The notes: generated by a model from the letters alone, not told the origin. Positions 8,637 through 16,652 are shown, numbered from the stretch's first letter. The stretch is DNA of 24,000 nt from Gammaproteobacteria bacterium (GCA_016200465.1 JACQER010000036.1:790-24789), one strand, 5' to 3'. A program made the numbers and translations.

Positions 8637-10010
8637 TTATCTGCAAACTGTGCCCGTGCTGCAGGCGATGGGGTTGCCGGGCGGATGGCCATCCGGCGAC
8701 GGGCAGAACACCGGTGCGAACCCGCCGCCCTGGGTGCGGAAGTTGGTCGTCTGCCCCTGATACAGTCGCGCGGCGAGCAGCTGCACCTCGCCGTCGTAGA
8801 CGTAATTACGGATGTCGAGTTTGAGTGCCGTTTCGACTCCGTCCTGTCGCAGCCGCCGCTCACTTGGCGCGATTCGCTCCTGCGCCACGTAGTGACCTGT
8901 GATGATTTCGTCCCACACCCGCTTGGTGAGTTTGTCGCCGCGATAGGCCGCTCTTCCGCCGTAACCGGCGGCGGGTTTGAAGAAAAGTGCGCGTCGCTGT
9001 GCCCACAGCAGTTCGGCGCCGGCGCGTGTCACCGGCACGGTGCGTGGAATGCCGGTCAACAGCGTATGGATGACGGGCTCCGGAACCCGCCACGCACGCA
9101 GCCGCGCGCCGTCGGTCAGTGCGACGAGATTGCGCTTGTCGGCATAGAGCGCATGCGCGCGCGGATGGGGCGTGAGCACGACACCGCCTTCGAGGTACGC
9201 CTGACGCAGCACCGCGTGCCGCGGTTCTTCCAGGGCGAAATCGGTCAGGCGGTTGTACACGAGATCGATTCGTTGGTTTTCGTGCCACAGCTTGTCGTGG
9301 CACAACATGAGTTCGGACGGATCGGCGATCACGGCCTTGAGCCCGTGACGGCGGAACAGACGCTCGAATAAAAGAAACTCCGGGTAGAGATACTGCTCCC
9401 GGGGAGCGTCATCCACGATGGCGATGCTCGCGAGCGGTTGTGCGCCGCGTTGCCGGTGCCACTCGCGCAGGAACATTTGATGGAAAATGTCCTCGAGCGT
9501 GGCGACGGGCGTGGGCTCCGGTATCAGCGGTTTCATGGCCTCGCAGCACGCAGCCTGCGCGCGCGCCAGTGCGGTGTTGAGCAGCGCCCCGCCGGCATTG
9601 GTGTTGATCTCGATGAGCTGCGGTCCCGCGGCTCCGAGATGGAAGTCATAGCCCATGAACACGCCACGTGGTCCCGGGTCGAAGCGGGCGATTTCCGGCG
9701 CCTCGGCCAGCGCTTCCTCGCGATAGGCCGGGAGCGCCACCACGGCCTCGACCGCCCGGATGATCTCGCGCATGCGTTCGGCCTGTTCCGGCGTTACGAA
9801 CACCGCCATGGCCGAGAAAAGATTCGGCCGGTTGGCGAGGATTTCGTCATAGAGATCGGCGTCGGCGCCGGCGCCGTCGGCGTCCAGCCCTTGCCGCAGC
9901 GTGTCGCGGTTGACGGTCACGCAGAGACAATCACGATTGAGCGCCGTGGCCAGGTCTTCGGTTCCGGTCGCGGAATGGATCGTCGACGGTTGAGTAATGA
10001 ATCTGTTCAT
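8637..10010 (-). CDS. Uncharacterised ATP-grasp-superfamily ligase, apparently circularly permuted (eukaryotic glutathione-synthetase-like motif order)
   Basis: 457-aa ORF with a strong RBS (AAGGAAAcgtATG), sitting between arsR and arsC on the same strand with short gaps. The motifs FMGYDFHL...QLIEINTNAGG (residues about 118-141) precede the glycine-rich loop FFKPAAGYGGRAAY (about 343-356) and YVAQERIAPSE (about 374-384). It is clearly a real gene. The biochemical assignment is inference from motifs recalled from memory. Confidence 0.8.
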   Translation of the reverse strand: MNRFITQPSTIHSATGTEDLATALNRDCLCVTVNRDTLRQGLDADGAGADADLYDEILANRPNLFSAMAVFVTPEQAERMREIIRAVEAVVALPAYREEALAEAPEIARFDPGPRGVFMGYDFHLGAAGPQLIEINTNAGGALLNTALARAQAACCEAMKPLIPEPTPVATLEDIFHQMFLREWHRQRGAQPLASIAIVDDAPREQYLYPEFLLFERLFRRHGLKAVIADPSELMLCHDKLWHENQRIDLVYNRLTDFALEEPRHAVLRQAYLEGGVVLTPHPRAHALYADKRNLVALTDGARLRAWRVPEPVIHTLLTGIPRTVPVTRAGAELLWAQRRALFFKPAAGYGGRAAYRGDKLTKRVWDEIITGHYVAQERIAPSERRLRQDGVETALKLDIRNYVYDGEVQLLAARLYQGQTTNFRTQGGGFAPVFCPSPDGHPPGNPIACSTGTVCR

Positions 10011-10066
10011 ACGTTTCCTTCAGCCCGCGAGCCGGCTTTCGACTTCACGTATGTCGGCGCCGGCCA

Positions 10067-10423
10067 TCAGGCGCAGCAGCGTACCGGTGGCCGGGTCGGC
10101 GCGCCGCGCAGGCGCTTGCGGTCCTGTGCGAACGGTTTGGCCGCGGCATTGGCCCGGTTCGCGGTGCTCAGAATTTCGCGCGCCCAGGCCGGCAGATCGG
10201 GATTGATACGATAGTGGATCCACAATCCCTCGCGCCGGTCGCTGACGATCCCGGCCTCGCGCAGCGTTGCCAGATGGCGCGAAATCTTGGGTTGCGACTC
10301 AGCCAGCGCGTGGGTGAATTCGCACACGCACAGCTCGCCTTCGGCCGCGAGCAGCAACAGGCAGCGCAATCGCGTCGGATCGGCCAGGGCGAGGAAGAAG
10401 TTTTCAGCGGTAATCATATTCAT
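10067..10423 (-). CDS. arsR: ArsR-family arsenite-responsive repressor
   Basis: Winged-helix HTH with LADPTRLRCLLLL, the metalloid-site motif ELCVCEF and SQPKISRHLATLREAGIV. It is the first gene of the ars operon. Likely start is the ATG at 10423 or 10417; the track's 10453 is a TTG extension into the AT-rich promoter. Confidence 0.9.
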   Translation of the reverse strand: MNMITAENFFLALADPTRLRCLLLLAAEGELCVCEFTHALAESQPKISRHLATLREAGIVSDRREGLWIHYRINPDLPAWAREILSTANRANAAAKPFAQDRKRLRGAPTRPPVRCCA

Positions 10424-10453
10424 GAATATATGACAATACATATATATGTTCAA
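10416..10453 (-). promoter_or_regulatory. ars operon promoter with overlapping palindromic operators
   Basis: On the minus strand: TTGAAC (10453-10448), a 17-nt spacer, then TATATT (10430-10425), followed directly by C-ATG-AAT-ATG. Two perfect palindromes overlap it: ACATATATATGT (10438-10449) and ATATTCATGAATAT (10416-10429). Confidence 0.5.
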
Positions 10454-10524
10454 TCATATATATAAGTCATTGTTTCAATCCTTGAAAATAAGGCTGGTGA
10501 CCGGCTGGCTCGTGGCGGGGGCGG

Positions 10525-11031
10525 CTATTTTGCTTCACTCCCCGTTTCGGGCGAGAAACGCGCCGTCACGATACGCAGTGCGACCAGCGTGACGATTACG
10601 CCGAGCCCCAGCAGGACTTTCTCCGGAGCGTATTCCTTGAACCATAGGCCCATCAGTTCGCCGATCAGCACCACCAGGGCGGTATCGAGAATGAATGTGA
10701 CGCGCACGCGTCCCAGTTTCAAATAGGCCTGGAGCGTGCGAATGACTTCCAGCAGTGCCAGCATGATGAGCGCCTTGATAATCACGTGTTCGGCAATGCT
10801 TGCCCAGCCTGTGGTGAGCGTTTCACGCAGGCCGGCGATCAGGTGAATAATCCCCGCCAGCATCCACAGGCACAGCGCTACGATCAGCAATCCGGTGAGA
10901 TGACGGACCAGGGCAGGATAAATAACGTCAGCGGTAACGTGGCCGGGAACGGGGGCTTGCGCGGCTTGTTCGACGGCCGGGCTTGCTTCGATGCGGTGGA
11001 ACTTGGCGGCCACATTGCTCATGGCCGGCAT
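10525..11031 (-). CDS. psiE: PsiE-family (phosphate-starvation-inducible) membrane protein
   Basis: 168-aa ORF with about four hydrophobic helices. The segment LLEVIRTLQAYLKLGRVRVTFILDTALVVLIGEL is comparable to the PsiE core. It lies 46 nt downstream of phoR on the same strand. Confidence 0.6.
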   Translation of the reverse strand: MPAMSNVAAKFHRIEASPAVEQAAQAPVPGHVTADVIYPALVRHLTGLLIVALCLWMLAGIIHLIAGLRETLTTGWASIAEHVIIKALIMLALLEVIRTLQAYLKLGRVRVTFILDTALVVLIGELMGLWFKEYAPEKVLLGLGVIVTLVALRIVTARFSPETGSEAK

Positions 11032-11077
11032 GATGGACCGTCTCTATGAAATTCGTATTACACCGGTGCCGGCAACG

Positions 11078-12373
11078 TCAGGCGCGGACAACCCGCTGTT
11101 CCGGGAAGATGCAGCGAAACGTACTGCCCTGACCGACCTCGCTTTCGATTTCGAGCCGGGCGTCGTGACGCAGCAGCACGTGCTTGACGATGGAAAGCCC
11201 CAGGCCGGTCCCGCCCGAAGCGCGCGAACGCGCCGTGTCCACGCGGTAGAAGCGTTCCGTCAGGTGCGGAAAATGTTCCGGCGCGATGCCTTCGCCGCTG
11301 TCGCTGACGGCGAATTCGGCGCCGTCACCCGCGGCGCGCCACGTCAGCCGTATCCCGCCGCCGGCCGGGGTGTAACGCACCGCGTTGTTGATCAGGTTGG
11401 AAAAGGCGCTGTGCAATTCGTCGCGGCTGCCGAGCAGCCTGAGCGATGGATCGGCCTCCAGCGTGATGTCATGGCGGTTCTCCCCGCTCAACAGTTTCGC
11501 CTGTTCCACGAGGCTCTTCAGAAGCGCGGCGATATCCACCGGCTCGACGTGTGTGCGCGGCGGCGCGGTTTCGAGTTTCGAAAGCATCAGCAAATCCTCC
11601 ACCAGGCGCTGCATGCGCTGGGATTGCTCGTGCATGGTGGAGAGATGTTTTTGGAGATCTTCCATTTTGATCTGGTCCATTTGCCGCAGTGTTTCGACGT
11701 AGCCACCGAGGACCGTGAGCGGCGTGCGCAGCTCGTGCGAGACGTTGGCCACGAAATGACGGCGCATCTGTTCCAGCCGCATCAGCCGGGTGACGTCGCG
11801 CCCGATGACCAGTTTCTGGCTGCTGCCAAACGGTGTGATTTGGATCGAGACGTGGATTTCGCGATTGTCCGGCGAGGTGATTTCCAGCGGCTCGACGTAT
11901 TCGCCGCGTTCCAGGTACTGGGCGAAGCCGGGCACGCGCAACAGGTTGAGCAGGCGCATGCCCGCGTCATGCGGATAGCGGATGCCGAGCAGGCTCGCGG
12001 CCGAACGATTGGCCCACTCGATGTCGCCCGCCTGCGACAACACCACCACGGCGTCGGGCATCGCCGAGGCGGCATTCTGGAACCGCGCCAACATGCCGCT
12101 CAACTGGTCCTGACGACGCGACGCCTGTTTGACGAGCTTGTGGATCTCGTCGAAGACCTCGCCCCACAACCCGCCGGCCTCCGGCATGTCGCCGGCGCGG
12201 CGGTCGAGCAGCCAGCGGTGCAGGTTGCGCAGGTGACGCAAGGTCCAGGCGATGTAGAAACCGAAGCCGAGCACGGCGATCAGGAACGGCCGGCCGGTGA
12301 GCGCGCCCAAGAAAAGGCTCAGCACGGCGATGCCGACGAGAATCAAGATTTCGCGCCACAGGCCGGGATGCAT
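11078..12373 (-). CDS. phoR: Phosphate regulon sensor histidine kinase PhoR
   Basis: 431 aa with N-terminal TM helices, a PAS-like region, an H-box FVANVSHELRTPLTVL, and an HATPase domain (NLINNAVRYTP, DSGEGI, GGTGLGLSIVKHV). It lies 4 nt downstream of phoB. Confidence 0.95.
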   Translation of the reverse strand: MHPGLWREILILVGIAVLSLFLGALTGRPFLIAVLGFGFYIAWTLRHLRNLHRWLLDRRAGDMPEAGGLWGEVFDEIHKLVKQASRRQDQLSGMLARFQNAASAMPDAVVVLSQAGDIEWANRSAASLLGIRYPHDAGMRLLNLLRVPGFAQYLERGEYVEPLEITSPDNREIHVSIQITPFGSSQKLVIGRDVTRLMRLEQMRRHFVANVSHELRTPLTVLGGYVETLRQMDQIKMEDLQKHLSTMHEQSQRMQRLVEDLLMLSKLETAPPRTHVEPVDIAALLKSLVEQAKLLSGENRHDITLEADPSLRLLGSRDELHSAFSNLINNAVRYTPAGGGIRLTWRAAGDGAEFAVSDSGEGIAPEHFPHLTERFYRVDTARSRASGGTGLGLSIVKHVLLRHDARLEIESEVGQGSTFRCIFPEQRVVRA

Positions 12374-12377
12374 GCGC

Positions 12378-13067
12378 TCAGTCCTGCGTCGAGAAGCGGT
12401 AGCCGGTGCCGCGCACCGTCTGGATCAAGCGCTCGTGTCCGGTGGCGGTCAGGATCTTGCGCAGGCGGCGGATGTGCACGTCCACGGTGCGTTCTTCCAC
12501 GTACACGTTGCTGCCCCACACGCTGTCGAGCAGCCGCTCGCGCGAATGCACCCGTTCGGGATGGGTCATGAAGAATTGCAGCAGGCGGAATTCCGTGGGA
12601 CCCATTTCCAGGGCTTGCCCGCGCGCACTGATGCGATGCGCGACCGGATCGAGCTTCAGGCCGCCGATTTCCACCGTCGTCTGGGCGGCGTGCGGAGCGG
12701 TGCGCCGCAGCAGTGCCTTGATGCGTGACAGCAGCTCGCGCGTGGAAAACGGCTTGGTGATGTAGTCGTCGGCGCCGCTGTCCAGTCCGGCCACTTTGTC
12801 CTGTTCCTCGGTGCGTGCCGTGAGCATGATGATGGGAATGTCCTGTGTCAGTTTCTCGCGCCGCAGACGCCGGGAGTATTCGATCCCGCTTTGTCCCGGC
12901 AGCATCCAGTCGAGCAGGATCAGGTCGGGCTTCTCAGCGAGGATTTTCGCCTGTGCCTCGGCGGTGTCGGCCGCCTCGATGCAGTCGTAACCCGACTGCG
13001 ACAGGGCCAGGCAGACCATCTGCCGGATGGCGGATTCGTCGTCGACAACGAGGATTTTGGCCCGCAT
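12378..13067 (-). CDS. phoB: Phosphate regulon response regulator PhoB (OmpR family)
   Basis: Starts [11 protein letters not shown]. Receiver domain with [10 protein letters not shown], and a winged-helix output domain ([42 protein letters not shown]). The track ORF carries a 25-codon upstream extension. Confidence 0.95.
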   Translation of the reverse strand: MRAKILVVDDESAIRQMVCLALSQSGYDCIEAADTAEAQAKILAEKPDLILLDWMLPGQSGIEYSRRLRREKLTQDIPIIMLTARTEEQDKVAGLDSGADDYITKPFSTRELLSRIKALLRRTAPHAAQTTVEIGGLKLDPVAHRISARGQALEMGPTEFRLLQFFMTHPERVHSRERLLDSVWGSNVYVEERTVDVHIRRLRKILTATGHERLIQTVRGTGYRFSTQD

Positions 13068-13207
13068 GGTTGAGTGCCCGGGCGTAATGACCCTTGGTTT
13101 TGCCGCCATTTCATACCATAAATATTGCAATTTGGTTACCATTAACCGTTTCAGCGCCGGGCCGTCGCCCCAAGCGGGCCGGCCGGACGAATCAAGGCAG
13201 GAAAAGC

Positions 13208-13585
13208 ATGAGAAAAGACGCAGTCAGACCCACCGACATCAAGCTGCACCAGAAATCGCGCCTGCTCGAGGTAGCGTTCGACGACGGCAGTCAATTCAAT
13301 TTTCCCTGCGAATACCTGCGGGTGTATTCGCCCTCGGCCGAGGTGCGCGGTCACGCGCCGGGACAGGAAGTGTTGCAGGTGGGCAAGGAGAACGTGAACA
13401 TCACCCACATCGAGCCGGTGGGCAGCTATGCCGTGTGCTTGTTTTTCGACGACGGCCACAGCACCGGCATTTATTCCTGGGACTGGCTGCATCAGCTGGG
13501 CACGAACCAGGAAAGCCTCTGGAAGCAGTATCTGGAACGGCTGGCCAAGGCCGGTTACCAGCGCAAGCCTAAACCGGCGGGATAA
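13208..13585 (+). CDS. DUF971 (gamma-butyrobetaine-hydroxylase N-terminal-like) family protein
   Basis: 125-aa product from the ATG at 13208, which is preceded by GGCAGGAAAAG. The sequence reads [27 protein letters not shown]...Y(A)[19 protein letters not shown]. It ends 5 nt before ubiE. Confidence 0.75.
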   Translation: MRKDAVRPTDIKLHQKSRLLEVAFDDGSQFNFPCEYLRVYSPSAEVRGHAPGQEVLQVGKENVNITHIEPVGSYAVCLFFDDGHSTGIYSWDWLHQLGTNQESLWKQYLERLAKAGYQRKPKPAG

Positions 13586-13590
13586 ACGCT

Positions 13591-14352
13591 ATGCCCGAAC
13601 CCGGCAAGTCAGAGCGCACCACGCACTTCGGTTTCCGCGAGGTGCCGGAGTCGGCGAAGGACGATCTCGTCGCCGGGGTGTTTCATTCGGTCGCGGACAA
13701 ATACGACCTGATGAACGATCTGATGTCGCTCGGCGTCCACCGCCTGTGGAAACAGTTCGCGGTCGAGGCCAGCGGCGTGCGCGGCGGGTTCCGCGTGCTC
13801 GACGTGGCCGGCGGCACCGGCGACCTGGCGGCCAAGTTCGCCATGCGCGCCGGTCGGCGCGGGCAGGTGGTGCTGGCCGACATCAATGCATCCATGCTGG
13901 GCATCGGGCGCACGCGCCTCGTCGACCGCGGCATCGTGGGCAACGTCGCGTTCGTGCAGGCGAACGCCGAGAACCTGCCATTTCCCGAGAATTATTTTGA
14001 TCGCGTGAGCATCGCCTTCGGGCTGCGCAACGTGACGCACATCGATCGCGCGCTGGCATCCATGTTCCGGGTGCTGAAGCCGGGTGGCGCGCTGCTGGTG
14101 CTCGAGTTTTCGCGTCCGGTGGTGCCCGGTCTGAATAACCTTTATGACGCCTATTCCTTCAATGTGCTGCCGTGGCTCGGGCGCGTGATCGCGCAGGACG
14201 AGGGCAGCTACCGCTATCTCGCCGAATCGATCCGCAAGCATCCCGACCAGGAGACGCTGAAGACGATGATGGAAAAGGCGGGATTTGAACGGGTGCAGTA
14301 CCACAACCTGAGCGGCGGCATCGTCGCCCTGCATAAAGGGTATAAGTTCTGA
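13591..14352 (+). CDS. ubiE: Ubiquinone/menaquinone C-methyltransferase UbiE
   Basis: 253 aa with [34 protein letters not shown], the SAM motif [12 protein letters not shown] and GLRNVT. Confidence 0.95.
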   Translation: MPEPGKSERTTHFGFREVPESAKDDLVAGVFHSVADKYDLMNDLMSLGVHRLWKQFAVEASGVRGGFRVLDVAGGTGDLAAKFAMRAGRRGQVVLADINASMLGIGRTRLVDRGIVGNVAFVQANAENLPFPENYFDRVSIAFGLRNVTHIDRALASMFRVLKPGGALLVLEFSRPVVPGLNNLYDAYSFNVLPWLGRVIAQDEGSYRYLAESIRKHPDQETLKTMMEKAGFERVQYHNLSGGIVALHKGYKF

Positions 14353-14382
14353 GCCGTATATCTCTGCCGACGGTAATGCCTC

Positions 14383-14997
14383 GTGAAATCTGATCCGACG
14401 TTTATCCCGCTGCTGGAATCCGCCGTCAATCGCGTGTTGCGCCTGGATACGGGCACGCTCGCGCGAGTCGGTGAACTCGAGGGCAAGGTCATCCGGCTGC
14501 GGATCGCGGGAACCCGCCCGCTCGAGATGTTCGTGCTGCCGTCCGCGTCCGGCGTCAGTCTGCGCGCGAACCATGACACCGAGGCGGATGTCACGCTGGC
14601 CGGCGATATCCCGGTGTTTGCGAAGCTGGCTTTGCGACGCCTCGTGCCCGATGTCGTGGCCGACGGCGAGGTCCAGATAAGCGGCGACATTCCTCTCGGG
14701 CAGCGCTTCCAGCAGTTGCTCGAAAAAATCGATATTGACTGGGAGGAGCAGATCGCCCGCGTGCTGGGCGACGTCGCCGCGCATCAGCTCGGCAATGCGC
14801 TGCGCCGATTCAGCGGCTGGACGCGCCACTCGTTGAATACGCTGGGCGAGGATGCGGCCGATTACCTGCGCGAAGAAAGCCGGTTGCTGCCCTCGCGCTC
14901 GCGCGTCGAGGAGTTTCGTCGGGCCGTGGAATCGCTGCGACTGGAGTCGGAGCGCTTGGAATCTCGCCTCGACCGTCTGCGCGGGGGCGTGAAATGA
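14383..14997 (+). CDS. ubiJ: Ubiquinone biosynthesis accessory factor UbiJ (SCP2 domain)
   Basis: 204 aa with a GTG start. Positioned between ubiE and ubiB, with an SCP2-like N-terminal half and a coiled C-terminus, resembling E. coli UbiJ/YigP. The stop overlaps the ubiB ATG (ATGA). Confidence 0.8.
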   Translation: MKSDPTFIPLLESAVNRVLRLDTGTLARVGELEGKVIRLRIAGTRPLEMFVLPSASGVSLRANHDTEADVTLAGDIPVFAKLALRRLVPDVVADGEVQISGDIPLGQRFQQLLEKIDIDWEEQIARVLGDVAAHQLGNALRRFSGWTRHSLNTLGEDAADYLREESRLLPSRSRVEEFRRAVESLRLESERLESRLDRLRGGVK

Positions 14998-16652
14998 AGC
15001 GCCTGCGCCAGCTCGCGCGCCTGCTGCGCATCACGCAGGTTTTCGTCCGGCACGACCTGGACGAATTCGTCACCGCGATCCATCTGTTCCGTCCCTACCG
15101 TCTGCTGCTGCGGCTCGCGCCGTGGCGGCTGTTCGCGCGCCGCGGGTTGCCGCGCGGCCAGCGCCTGCGCGAGGCGCTCGAGGAACTGGGACCGGTGTTC
15201 GTGAAGTTCGGTCAGATGCTGTCGACCCGCCCCGACCTGTTGCCGGAGGACATCGCCGAGGAACTGGCGCGGCTCCAGGACCGTGTGCCGCCGTTTGCCG
15301 GCGACGAGTCGGTGCGTCTGGTCGAGCGCGCGCTGGGTGGAAAGCTCGAAAGCTTTTTCAGCGAATTCAACCGGGAGCCGATCGCTTCGGCCTCGGTGGC
15401 GCAGGTGCACATCGCACGCCTGCACGACGGCGCCGAAGTGGCGGTCAAGGTACTGCGTCCCGGCATCGAGACGGTGATCGAGCGCGATATCGATCTGCTG
15501 TACATGCTGGCGCGACTTGCGGTGCGTTACGTGACCGAGGCACGGCGGTTGCGGCCGGTCGAAGTGGTGGACGAATTCAACAAGACCATTCACGACGAAC
15601 TCGACCTGCGGGTGGAGTCGGCGAACGCGAGCCGTCTGCGCGCCAATTTCGAAGGCTCGAACCTGTTGTACGTGCCGAAAGTCTATTGGGACCTCACGCG
15701 CCGCACGGTGATGGTGCTGGAGCGCATCCACGGCATCCCGATCGGCAATGTCGAGGGACTCAAGGCCGCCGGGGTCGACATGCGAAAGCTGGCGCACAAT
15801 GGCGTGGAAATATTTTTCACCCAGGCGTTCCGCGACGGGTTCTTCCACGCCGACATGCACCCGGGAAACATTTTCGTCTCGCCCGAGGGACAGTATCGCG
15901 CGGTGGACTTCGGCATCATGGGCACGCTCGGCGAAAAAGATAAACGCTACCTCGCGGAAAATTTCCTGGCGTTTTTCAACCGCGACTACCACGCCGTGGC
16001 CGACGCGCATCTGCGCGCCGGCTGGGTACCGCCCGGCACCCGGCTCGAGGAATTCGAGGCCGCGATCCGCACCGTGTGCGAGCCGGTGTTCGCCCGCCCC
16101 ATCAAAGACATCTCCTTCGGCCGGTTCCTGCTGCACCTGTTTCAGACTGCGCGCCGTTTCAACATGGAAATCCAGCCGCAACTGGTGCTGCTGCAGAAGA
16201 CCCTGTTCAACATCGAAGGGCTCGGGCGGCGGCTCTATCCCGACCTCGATCTGTGGGACACCGCCAAGCCCTATCTTGAACGCTGGATGCGTGAACACAT
16301 GGGGCCGCGCGCGTTCATCCGCGCGTTGCGCAACGAATTCCCCAAGTGGTGGGCCATGCTGCCGGAGATTCCGGCGCTGGTGCACGAGAACCTGCGGCGC
16401 ACGCGTGAGCGAGGCTCGGCTCAGGAATCCTCGGCGCGCGAGATTGAGCAACTGCGCCGCCAGTTGCGGCAGCAGCAGCGCCGGCTTTATTTCGCAGTTT
16501 CCGGGAGCGGCCTGCTGATTGGCGGCGCCTTGTTGCTGGGCCTGGATATGACACATTCAGGAGAGCCGGGATGGAGCAACGTCGCCGGCTGGGCGCTGGC
16601 CGCGATGGGGGTTTTCATGCTGTTGCGAGGCTGGCCGGGCCGGAATCCGTGA
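14994..16652 (+). CDS. ubiB: Ubiquinone biosynthesis protein kinase-like UbiB (ABC1/ADCK family)
   Basis: 552 aa with LGPVFVKFGQMLSTRPDLLP, ASVAQVH, VAVKVLRPG and FFHADMHPGNIFV, plus C-terminal TM helices. Confidence 0.95.
   Translation: MKRLRQLARLLRITQVFVRHDLDEFVTAIHLFRPYRLLLRLAPWRLFARRGLPRGQRLREALEELGPVFVKFGQMLSTRPDLLPEDIAEELARLQDRVPPFAGDESVRLVERALGGKLESFFSEFNREPIASASVAQVHIARLHDGAEVAVKVLRPGIETVIERDIDLLYMLARLAVRYVTEARRLRPVEVVDEFNKTIHDELDLRVESANASRLRANFEGSNLLYVPKVYWDLTRRTVMVLERIHGIPIGNVEGLKAAGVDMRKLAHNGVEIFFTQAFRDGFFHADMHPGNIFVSPEGQYRAVDFGIMGTLGEKDKRYLAENFLAFFNRDYHAVADAHLRAGWVPPGTRLEEFEAAIRTVCEPVFARPIKDISFGRFLLHLFQTARRFNMEIQPQLVLLQKTLFNIEGLGRRLYPDLDLWDTAKPYLERWMREHMGPRAFIRALRNEFPKWWAMLPEIPALVHENLRRTRERGSAQESSAREIEQLRRQLRQQQRRLYFAVSGSGLLIGGALLLGLDMTHSGEPGWSNVAGWALAAMGVFMLLRGWPGRNP

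Noticed and set aside
5742-9371. Long plus-strand ORFs 5742..6947, 7279..8421 and 8157..9371, and minus-strand alternative-frame ORFs 7109..8143 and 8860..9303
   Set aside because: All overlap well-supported minus-strand genes (pstS, acr3, arsC and the ligase) and have Arg/Gly/His-rich composition typical of off-frame translation in GC-rich DNA.
10424-10453. TTG-initiated 10-codon extension of arsR (MNIYMYCHIF)
   Set aside because: It lies within the AT-rich promoter and operator and would include the predicted -10 and -35 elements. ArsR homology begins at about MITAENFF.
10991-12571. 526-aa plus-strand ORF overlapping phoR and phoB
   Set aside because: It is an antisense shadow of well-supported phoR and phoB, with no recognisable domain and biased composition.
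13100-13150. Possible degenerate Pho boxes upstream of phoB (minus strand TGGTAAC-caaa-TTGCAAT-attt-ATGGTAT with 11-bp periodicity)
   Set aside because: Each repeat matches only about 4 of 7 positions of CTGTCAT, and no convincing -10 lies at the right distance. It cannot be distinguished from chance in an AT-rich divergent promoter region without a PWM scan or binding data.
14862-16556. 564-aa ORF antisense to ubiB (and similarly 13609..14829, antisense to ubiE and ubiJ)
   Set aside because: These are typical high-GC shadow ORFs with Arg/Ala/Gly/Pro-rich low-information translations and no motifs. The sense strand encodes unmistakable UbiB, UbiE and UbiJ.
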